From: Macrostomum hystrix
Taxonomy: Eukaryota; Animalia; Platyhelminthes
Assembly: GCA_950097015.1 (NCBI GenBank)
Contig: CATNEN010000024.1
Span: 3,100,001 to 3,164,000 of the forward strand
DNA length: 64,000 bases
Reading direction: 5' to 3'
Made by a program: the position numbers and the translations under genes. The notes below the pieces were generated by a model. It had not been told where the DNA came from, ran no database searches, and saw only the letters and a program-made list of their open reading frames with translations. Positions 12,754 to 22,570 of this stretch are shown piece after piece. The first letter of the stretch is position 1. The number at the start of each line of letters is the position of its first letter.

Positions 12754-14486
12754 ACATGGAGCATTTCGACATCTCCTGCGGGGTGCCAGCCCTGCAGTGC
12801 TACTCCAATTTGGAGGCCGGCCCGCCGCCATTCGCTGTGCTCAACATGATGGTTGACGAGCAATTTAGCCGTCTCCAGCCTGGGCGACGGTCCGGATCCT
12901 CGACTGGCAGCTCCGCATCCTCTGGGACAGAGTCGAAGTCTTCCAAGACATCGAAAGCAGCGATTAGGTCGCGATCTTCTGAGGGCTCCGACGAGGAGAA
13001 ACAGTCTGTGCAGCAGCTGCGGCAGCAGCAGCTCCCGCGTCAGCCCGTACAAAAACCTGTTGGTGGCCACAATGTGACGCATAATTTTGCGTCTTTAAAA
13101 TTAAAAAATTTTGTTCAACCAAAACTACAGCAACAGCAGCAGCAGCAGCAACAGCAGCAACAGCAGCAACAGCAGCAACAGCAGCCGCAGTTGCAGCGAA
13201 GACAAAACCTGGTGCAGGAAGATCGTTCTCATGAAGAGCAAGGATCGGAGCACCAGGACAGTCTTGTCCAGGGTAGTTCTTCTGCAAAATTCGGCCTTCA
13301 AAGAGTCACTCCAAGCAGCACGACAGAGAACGCTGCGGGCAGTTATACTGACAAACGTAGCAGTTCAACCGAAGCTTTCGCGTCTTTGGCTGCCGCTTTT
13401 CATATGAATCAGAAGAACAGCAGCAAGCCAGCGCCTACCAATGCGCTAAATGCTGGCTTTGGATTTGCGGCTACAGGTGGGAACAAACCGTTGCTAGGCT
13501 TTCCCAACACCGCCTCAAATACTCAGGGTGGCTTTCTGTTTGGCCAGGGCACTTTGGCTTCCAATGAGCGCAATCGATCTGGTGCGAATTTCGGATTTGG
13601 CACTGCAACTGTGCCTGACAGAAGTGCAGCAAATGTTCACTTTGGATTTGACTCAGGCGCACCCAACTTTTGCGCTTGCTGCGCCGCACACCGCGCTCAT
13701 GAGCAGCAGCAGCAGCAACCTCTCTTCGGGCAGCAAGAGTTCCTGCTGCGCCAGTCACTCCGCCAAGCGAGCGAAATCTCGGCTCGTCTGACCGAGGCGC
13801 TCGGACGCATCGAGCAGCTCGCCGAGTCCTCGGCGACTACAAACTTTGTTGACACGGCCGGGCGTCCCAATTTTAATGCGCCGACGAACTCGTCAGATTC
13901 GACTGCTCTGTGCTCGGTGGCCGAGAGTGACATCGGCAACGCGGAGGCCAGCGCCGAGAACCGCGTCAATGCGCTGCGCCGCCTTCTGGTCCCAGTGTTT
14001 CTACCGGCTAAGGACTCCATTCTGGAGAAGAGTCTGTCCGAACTGGTCGAGTTGCAGTCTCCAAGCGGTAGCTGGCAGCCGGACAGTCTGCGCGGCATGT
14101 TAGACTCAGTTGAGCTGCGAAAGCTGTTACACAAGCGCGGCGCAGCTTCGTTGGGCTCGGCGGTTTTTTCCGACCTCGGGGCTGCCTTCGCAACCGCGAC
14201 AGTTCTGCTGGCGGCTGCGTGTAAGCTCCATGTCTGGCCACTGGAAAACGACCTGAAAACGGAGGTCGATAGCAGAGAGGAGGCCAGACTTCAGTCGACA
14301 GTATCAGTCGGCAGTATCAAGCTAGACGAGGGGGTCAGTATTCGGCGGGCCTGCGATTGGCTCATTAGCTTCGAGGCCAAGCAGCCGGACCTGCTGCAGC
14401 GGCTGGAGCTGGCCAGATCGCCGTCGGAACTGCTGAACGCCACCTTGCACTGCCTGCGCAAGCAGACCAAGCCGGGGACGAAATAG
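12754..14486 (+). CDS. PARP4 (vault PARP) C-terminal-like protein: polyQ and FG-rich linker plus MVP-interacting domain; no catalytic domain seen
   Basis: 582-codon ORF entered at acceptor TTTTGCAG (ATG at 12756). The C-terminus LSELVELQSPSGSW...LHKRGAASLG...FATATVL...IRRACDWL...QPDLLQRLELA aligns by eye with the human PARP4 C-terminus as recalled (ELLSLQTEDGFW...LKQKGIQSLG...IATMLVL...IKQASEW...YPSICPRLELG). Confidence 0.75.
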
Positions 14487-15586
14487 TCTCTACCGCAGCA
14501 TCAGCAGCTGCTAAAACTAACAATGCAGCTTTTCACTTTGGCTTGAAGTCAAACAATTTTATCCCGCTATTCAACCTTTTCTAATCATAACAACAGTTCG
14601 TTTTGTGAGAGACAAGCAAGCCTTTTCACATCCGTTTTTAATAGGAATTTCTATTTTTCGTTATTCAGAGCGACTTGACTCTGCTGGACTTTCAGCAAAT
14701 TGAGAGAGTTGCTTAAATAAAAACGTTAAAAACAATTTTGATTTAAAAATTGCGATAAACGAATAGTTCTTTAGTATCTTAGTTCTTTGCTTTACAGATA
14801 CTCCTTTAAGTAGTCTCTCTCTTAAAGGAACGATAGACGATTTGTAAAACCTTGCCAAACACAGTTTTTACCATTTTACGACACAGAAATGTTCTCATAT
14901 GCGTCTAAACTAATTAGCACAAATTACTATTTCTTTTGTTTTATCAGAGTATAGCAGCGACAGAGCTTTAACTGCACTTTCTCACGACATGAAACCTTTT
15001 ATTACTAGACTATGATATGTTTTTCATTTAATGTTTTATCAGCAATGTAACAATAAACTTCGATAACAGTTTAACTAGCTGTGATTTTTTTCGAGCGAAT
15101 ATAAAATTATGAAATATATTCAGACTTGATAAGGAGATTTTTTATTGCAATCCTACAATTCAAAATAAATCAAAACTTTCTTTTTTTTATTTTATCAAAT
15201 CTAATGCATTTTATACTACTTAGAAGTAAGCTACCCAAGCTAAGCCTACTGTTCACTGGGAGATTAAGTAAAAAAGCCATTGGTGTAACTAATTGAGTAG
15301 ATTTTAAATCCAGTTCGTCAATTCCATGCGTCATCCCTTTTTGCTTATCGCTCTTTATCTCCATCTTAATCTTAATATTGACAGAGGGACTGCGTGAGAA
15401 ATGACACATGAGAAATGACACGTGAGAAATAGCCACCAGCGTTTGCGATTCTGTGCAACACAGCGAATCCAATGAGTTAGTCAAACGGTCATCATGTTAC
15501 AATTTAAGTGTATTTTTAGCTCGTTTGAGTTCGCTTAAAGTTTTGTCCCAATCGTTGTGCTGGTCTGTATCTTACAATCACTGTAC

Positions 15587-17486
15587 TTAACAGCCGTTCC
15601 TGACACAGTGCCACGACTTCCCGACTCTGCGCTTTCCGAATCTGCGGGTTGGTGTGGTGGTGACGAATGAAAACGAGTCACGAGACAAACACGCTGCGGC
15701 TATTTTTAGAACAGCTAAATTCTAATGAGATTGCCAACCTGGGTCGCAGCACCAGCTGCATGTAGCTGCGCAGGTGCTTCATGTAGCTCCGAAGGCGTTC
15801 AGAGTCCTTCGGTCGGCTGCCGGGAGGGCTGGCCAGAAGCAGGAGTTCCTCGTCAAGCAGCTCGGACAGGCCGTCGTCGGCAATGGATAGATACGGTTCC
15901 GGTTCGGCGATTAGCAGCGATTGGCGTCTTTTGGGTTGGCTGGGTCGATTGCTCGACTAGCGACGAAAATGAGCAATCAGTTTTATCATGTCATGGTGGT
16001 TCCTTGGGTCAGAAAAAAACACCCCAAGAATTCGACGGACGTCATTATCGATTTGAGAAACGTCAATATCAATTTGAGAAATATTATTTTCGATTTGAGA
16101 TGCGTCATTATAGATTTGAGAAACGCCATTATCGATTTGAGAACGTCACCGTGGATTCTCGGTGACTGAACACATTTGTCGTTACCATGGATTTGAGGGA
16201 CATTACTATGGATTAAATCTACGTCGCCATGGATTTGAGGGACGTCACCATGGATTCGATGATATTGCATTGGGACGTTACCATGGATTCGAGAGACGTC
16301 ACCATGGATTCGATGATATTGGGACGTTACCATGGATTCGAGAGACGTCACCATGGATTCGAAGACGTCACCATGGATTCGATGATATTGGGACGTCACC
16401 ATGGATTTGAGGGACGTCACCATGGATTTGAGGGACGTCACCATGGATTTGAGGGACATCACCATGGATTTGAGGGACGTCACCATGGATTTGAGGGACG
16501 TCACCATGGATTTGAGGGACGTCACCATGGATTTGAGGGACGTCACCATGGATTTGAGGGACGTCACCATGGATTTGAGGGACGTCACCATGGATTTGAG
16601 GGACGTCACCATGGATTTGAGGGACGTCACCATGGATTCGATGATATTGGGACGTCGCCATGGATTTGAGGGACGTCACCATGGATTCGAAGACGTCACC
16701 ATGGATTCGATGATATTGGGACGTTACCATGGATTCGAGAGACGTCACCATGGATTCGAAGACGTCACCATGGATTCGATGATATTGGGACGTCACCATG
16801 GATTTGAGGGACGTCACCATGGATTTGAGGGACGTCACCATGGATTTGAGGGACATCACCATGGATTTGAGGGACGTCACCATGGATTTGAGGGACGTCA
16901 CCATGGATTTGAGGGACGTCACCATGGATTTGAGGGACGTCACCATGGATTTGAGGGACGTCACCATGGATTTGAGGGACGTCACCATGGATTTGAGGGA
17001 CGTCACCATGGATTTGAGGGACGTCACCATGGATTCGATGATATTGGGACGTCGCCATGGATTTGAGGGACGTCACCATGGATTCGAAGACGTCACCATG
17101 GATTCGATGATATTGGGTCGTCACCATGGATTCGAGGATATAGGGACGTTGGATTCGAGGATATAGGGACGTCACCATGGATTCGAGGATATAGGGACGT
17201 TGGATTCGAGGATATAGGGACGTCACCATGGATTTGAGGATATAGGGACGTCACCATGGATTCGAGGGACGTCACCATGGATTCGATGATATTGGGACGT
17301 CACCATGGATTTGAGGATATAGGGATGTCACCATGGATTTGGGAATGAAGTAGGATGTTAAAATATAATTGACGATGACGTCAACCGCTAAAATGAATTT
17401 ACCTGGAGTGCTGAGCAGCTGCAGTGGTTCACTAAGCAGCTACACATGACGCACAGAAGCAGCAGCTGTGTCGAATTGTTAGACAT
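15587..17486 (-). CDS. npf: Neuropeptide Y/F (NPF) precursor, 118 aa; exons 17486-17403, 15956-15739, 15641-15587
   Basis: Signal peptide MSNNSTQLLLLCVMCSCLVNHCSC, then a KRR site, then ...PPGSRPKDSERLRSYMKHLRSYMQLVLRPRF-G-KR. Tyr at positions 10 and 17 from the C-terminal Phe. A phase-2 intron splits the Arg codon of RPRF, a conserved NPY/NPF feature. Confidence 0.92.
16040..17340. repeat. 21-bp minisatellite (CGTCACCATGGATTTGAGGGA) in NPF intron 1, with a 397-bp higher-order duplication
   Basis: Tandem units visible. Variant units recur at a 397-bp offset (16321/16718 and 16453/16850). Confidence 0.95.
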
Positions 17487-18052
17487 TGCGTTGACGATGA
17501 GAATTAGCTTGCTCAAATTACAAGGCTCTTGTTTGAGGTGACAGCAGTTGCCCGTGTTATTCAAGCGGACAGTGCGAGAAATGTGGCGTCAATTTTCCAC
17601 TTTTTATGCTTTATCGACGAGTTTAGCTTTATGTGTGATTGAGCTAAGGATGAGGGCGGAAAACTCATTTTTTAATTATCTTCCACCTCGCTTGGCTGGG
17701 ATCTGTCAAAGCGATTCGCCATCTATGGAATAGCAGTAATCCGCTAATCCTTTGGAATTGCAAGTAAAGCCAATTCACTTTTTGGTCGCTTTTGTCTGTT
17801 CGAATTTGATGTTAGTTTAACATTGATTTGTGCGCATCAAAAGATTCAATTTATTCGGTCCTAATAGAATTTACAATGTCCAGATAATGATCTACGTTCT
17901 TTACTGACAATTATAATGAGCTTACTGGACATAAACTTTGCCTACTAGCAGTAGCGACGAAAGTGTTTTTAATGCGCAATAAAAACTTCTATTAACAGTA
18001 GAAAGACACGGGTTTTTTCAAATACCATGAAAAATACCCACATATTATTGTT

Positions 18053-18328
18053 TTAATAAACGATTCTTGTCGGGGTGTCTGGTGGCAACAACCACAGAAA
18101 ATATGGGCCTAATTCTTCTGCTCTCAAAATTTCATCATGGAACCATTTCGGCTCCATAAACTGTGTCAATGAGTCGCAGGGACTTTTGTTCTCAACATCC
18201 CAGTCACCAGGGTCCGATTCATCACCGTCTGAAGCATCGGTGGTGACATTCGGGATCTTCAACAAAAGCACTGGAATCGGCATCTCAATGACGGCTGCTT
18301 CTGTTGAAGGTTCCAATGGTAGCCGCTG
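18053..18328 (-). CDS. Unassigned acidic ORF, possible exon
   Basis: About 90 open codons after an AATCAG acceptor. No partner exon or domain recognised. Confidence 0.2.
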   Translation of the reverse strand, partial: QRLPLEPSTEAAVIEMPIPVLLLKIPNVTTDASDGDESDPGDWDVENKSPCDSLTQFMEPKWFHDEILRAEELGPYFLWLLPPDTPTRIVY

Positions 18329-18334
18329 ATTAAT

Positions 18335-18580
18335 GTTACAAGTAGCGTCAGTTGTCCTTGTCGCCAGGGTCTTCGAAAAGAATCGCTGAATATCTCGACG
18401 ATGCTGAAGTCGCGGACAGCTTCGAAGCTTTAAAAGTTAGTTTTTCAGGTCATCGTGAAGAGCGGGAAATTTTGATCAATTTAAAATTTGAATTTTGTTG
18501 GACCTTAGCGGTCAAAATCGGTCATTCGTTTGGGAGCTATCGTGAAGTTGGAAGTGGATATTTGAAATACTATACTCCAG
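18335..18580 (+). repeat. Dispersed repeat family H, most complete copy
   Basis: Contains both blocks found at 2195-2850 and the block at 7196-7290. Confidence 0.7.
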
Positions 18581-18662
18581 TGGTCTTTCTTAAGGGAGAA
18601 AAATAGCGTGGTCTAAGACCACTGGTCTTTCTCTACTATTAAGAGACGAAAGCTCTAATCAC

Positions 18663-19033
18663 AGGGGGGTCGGTGGCAGAGCGGTTATCGCCTTTGCCTC
18701 TCGCACCACGGTCCCTAAGTTCGATTCCACGGCGAGGCCACATTCATTTGGGGCGCAGCCGCGGAGAGAAGGCTTGGGGGCTTGTCGTGCAATTTATGCC
18801 CTTGAAGGCTAAACTCCCATAATGTACACTGCCAGCTGACGATGAGAAAGTCAGGGCAGATGTACACACCTGTGTGAGCGTGTGCCTGCGTGCAGTTATC
18901 TTTGTGCGTAGGTGTGTGCTCAGGAGTCAGCGAAATGGGTAGAATTGCCTCCTCGCTGGCTGCGGGTCTAGTGTCACTACATGATGTGCCACTGCCCGAA
19001 GCCCTCCTACAATTATTAGTATTATTATTATAC
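18663..19033 (+). mobile_element. tRNA-derived SINE family 1, full length
   Basis: A box TGGCAGAGCGG (18674-18684), B box GTTCGATTCC (18719-18728), (ATT)n tail, and about 8 further copies or fragments in the window. Confidence 0.92.
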
Positions 19034-22000
19034 AGTGTTAAATTATTTGCAGTGTTAAATTATTTGCACCCTGGTGCAAATAAATGCCGCCGCCTCCTGG
19101 TGACGCTGGAGCCTCCAGCGCTTGCCTCGGCCAACACGGAGAGCCGCGCCCCGGTGCTGCGGCTGCCAAGTGCGGCAGGACGGGAGGCCGGCGTGGACAG
19201 CGAAGCACCCAACGCCGCATTGAGCGGCGAAGGGAACGAAATCGGCGAGGGCGATCGAAAAGCCGCCTCCGCCGGTCTGCTGCCAACAATCATCTGCCGA
19301 CCCCCGAACAACCGGTTTCTCCGGGTGGCGCCGGGGACCGAGAGGCCCACCAACACCGGGCCCCAGCTGTTACAAATCGCGCTCTAAGGCTAGCCACTTT
19401 CAACTGCCGAACGCTGAAGTCCGCCTGGAGAAGGGGCATGCTCGCGCAGCTGGCATCCGACCTGCGGCTGGACCTCGTCATGCTGCAGGAGGTGTCAGTC
19501 ACTGCCGAGCCTGGACTACACCGTGAGGATCTGGGGGCCGCCTGGACGCTGCACTACACGTCAGCGGACAGCAGAGGCCGCGGAGGAGTCGGCGTGCTCG
19601 TCGGGCCACGACTACGCGAGAGCGTCTGCTGCATCAGCTTGTCAGCCCGACTGCTTCGCGTGGATGTGAGGCTGCGTCGCCGCAATGCGCGGCTGTTCTG
19701 TGCGTACGCCCCCACGGCTGCCCATCAGCAGGAGGCGCTGGAATTCTACGAGTTCCTGTCGGAGCAGCTCGAGATGGTGGCGCACCGCGATACTATGGTG
19801 GTGCTTGGTGATCTCAATGCCGTCGCGTCACGGTCCCAGCGCTGCCCGTTTGTGTCGCCACGCCAGAACGCCAACACCGCCGCGCTAGCGGACCTGATGG
19901 CGAGGCTCGACCTGGTGTCGGCCAATACGCGCTTCCGCAAACCGCCCAACCGGCTGGCGACCTTCGCCGGCTGCAAGCGGAGGAGGCGGAACGCACGAGG
20001 CCGTTTCGCCACGACCCGCATGGCGCAGCTCGACCACGTGCTGGTTCGCTACCGTGAACGCAGTCGGCTAAAGAACTGCGACACCGTGGAACCCTTGGCT
20101 ATCCAGTCCGATCACCGCCTGCTCTACTGCGACCTGCGGCTTTCCGACCCGCTGTACAGGCCGCCAAAACGCCCCAGAAGAAGATATTTCCGCGCCCTGC
20201 AAGACCAAGGCACCCGCAGCAGGTTTGCGTACGCCTTTGCGACTGCCCTGGGATCAGCGCAGGCGCCAGACTACACCACCATCAGCTCTGCTATCGCCAC
20301 TGCCGCTGCCAAGACTCTGCCGCTAATGGAGCGGCTTGGGCGACTCGGAGCTCGGAGCTTCCGGTTTGGGCGAGCGACTCGGAGGTCCGAGAAGCCCGCC
20401 GCACAGTCGAGCAACTGCCACGTGCCAGGCGACCAACATCTGACGCCGAGAGAGCCCTGGCAGACGCCTACACGAGACGACAGCAATCCGCTGTTGATGA
20501 CGCGATCCGAGCGGTTGCGTCTGTCAGGCCTGAACGGCAGAACAGAGTTATTTGGCCGGTCGTAAACGCCCTCACCGGTCGCAAGAGGAAGGCAGCGTTG
20601 AACCTGACCGGCGACACTGCAGAGAAACGCAGAAACGAGCTGCGCTCCTTTTTCGCCGCCATTGTCAACGCGCCACCGCCGACTCTGCCGGACGAGATGC
20701 CGCTGCCCCCCGAGGTGGCGCTGCCGCGGCAGGAAGATTTCGACCCCAGTCCAGTGACCAGCACCGACATTGTGGAGTTCGCTCGCAAGGCACCGGGAGG
20801 CCGCGCCCCCCGGTCCGGATGAAGTCCCCGTCGAGGCGCTGAGAGTCACAGCAGGGGTTGCCACGGAGGTGGCCCGCGTGATGAACGGCGTCCTAGCGGG
20901 AGGTGCCGCGCCCCGCGAGTGGACCCACTCCAACATCGTCGGCATCCCGAAGAAGCCGGGCACCACACGGTTGGAGGAGCATCGTGGGATTTCGCTTATG
21001 TCCTGTGCTGCGAAGCTTTTCAACCGGGTGCTGTTAGCACGGTTACAGCCTGTGCTGGACCCGTACCTGCGGTACGAGCAGAACGGGTTCCGGCCTCGTC
21101 GTGGCACAGTGACGCAGATCCTGGCCCTCCGCCGCATCATCGAGGAAGCGCACATCCACCAGTCAAGCCTAGTTGTCATCTTTGTTGACTTCCTCAAGGC
21201 TTTCGACTCGGTGGCCCGCGGCGCGCTGCCTCTCGTGCTCCGTGCTTACAACGTACCGCAGCAGCTGATCTCCGCCATCATGGCGCTGTACCAGGACACC
21301 ACCGCTGCAGTAGCGACGCCAGACGGACCGTCGGACCTGTTCAGCACGACCTCCGGAGTGCTGCAGGGTGACACTCTGGCGCCCTTCCTCTTTGTTTTGC
21401 TGATGGACTGGGTGTGCAGGATCGGCCTGCCGACCGCAGAGGACGGCTTTCTACTGCAAAGGCGCACCAGTCGGCGACACCCGGAGAAGAGGCTGTCCCT
21501 CCTCGGCTACGCGGACGACCTCGCCCTGCTGTCTACGACGGCCGAAGGCGCCCAACGGCTGCTGGATGGCCTGACTGCGGCGGCTGCGAGGGTCGGCCTC
21601 GTCATCAACGCCAAAAAGACCGAGGTGCTGACGGTGCCGCACGATCTACCCGCCGAGATCCGACCTCGGCGGGCTGGTGCCGGACGTGAGCGACGACCTG
21701 GCGAGACGGCGCGGCAAGGCGTGGGCCGCCTTTCGATCTGTTCGGGCGGTGCTGCTCTCGGAGGCCCTGTCGGACAGCGCCAGGTCCCAGCTGTTCCAGG
21801 CTGTTGTCGAGACTGCCCTCCTGTACAATGCTGAGACCTGGACGCTGACCGGGGCGCTCGAGGGGCAGCTCGACGCGGCGCATGCGGCCCTGGTTCGTGC
21901 CGCGTTCGGCGCTCGCCGCGGCCCTGGCAGCGAGACGACCGACTCCCTGTACCAGCGAGCGCGCCTGACGCGGCCTTCTGCCCTGCTGAGCAAGCGACGT

Positions 22001-22273
22001 CTGCGGCTTGCCGGGCATGTCATCCGGGCCGAAGCCTACTGCCCAGAGCCGCTGCAGGACGTCCTGCTGTGGACTCCGCAGGGACCTCGCAGGCGCGGAC
22101 AGGGACGAACGGCTCGCTACATCGACCGTCTTTTTGATGATGCGCGAGCACCCAGCCAGGCAGCCGGCGTGAAGCATGTCAGAGACCTTGCCCTGAAGCG
22201 CGCGATTTGACGCCCCCCCTTTTTTGGCCACTTGTGGTCGGCGCGGGGCGTGAGATTATTATTATTATTATAC
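19034..22273 (+). mobile_element. Near full-length RTE-type LINE (APE endonuclease plus reverse transcriptase), one ORF broken by 3 frameshifts
   Basis: EN motifs RLATFNCRTL, MLQEV, VLGDLNA, QLDHVL, SDHRLL. RT motifs QNGFR, FVDFLKAFDSV, GVLQGDTLAPFLF, YADD. RTE-type tail RLRLAGHVIR...LLWTPQGPRRRG. Short 3' UTR ending in (ATT)n. Confidence 0.93.
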
Positions 22274-22570
22274 AAGCTCTAATCACTCAATGTAAAACTT
22301 GAACCAAGCAATTCCAACTATACATAACGTTAAAAAAACATGTTAGTCAAAAAGCCAATAAGTCTTAACTTACTATACATGCCATCAGCAAAAAGACAGC
22401 TGCAGTTTTATATTTTCCATGGTTATAAAAGGCTATATTTTCAAGGAAATTGCATAAAATGAGAGCCTGCAGACAGGGCTGGAACAGGGGAGCCAGACAG
22501 ATGCATCCTGAGATAGGTAGATTGTTGGGCACATTTATAAAGCTAATCTACAAGGACTAAACAATTGCAA

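Noticed and set aside
15642-15738. Alternative acceptor (CCGCAG) in NPF intron 2 that would remove the RFamide
   Set aside because: It gives an early stop and has no supporting evidence. The downstream acceptor restores the conserved RPRF-GKR.
18835-18862. Hammerhead ribozyme core (CTGACGA...GAAA...GTC) in the SINE body
   Set aside because: Only 3 nt separate CTGACGA and GAAA (no helix II) and there is no helix III. It is a simple hairpin (CTGAC/GTCAG).
18925-19015. HDV-like ribozyme in SINE family 1: GCCTCCTCGCTGGC equals the HDV P3/L3 core and GCGAAATGGG resembles J4/2-P2
   Set aside because: P1, P1.1 (GG) and P2 cannot be closed in the required order, the J4/2-like motif lies upstream of P3, and the downstream CGAA is not conserved among copies. 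A covariance-model search would settle it.
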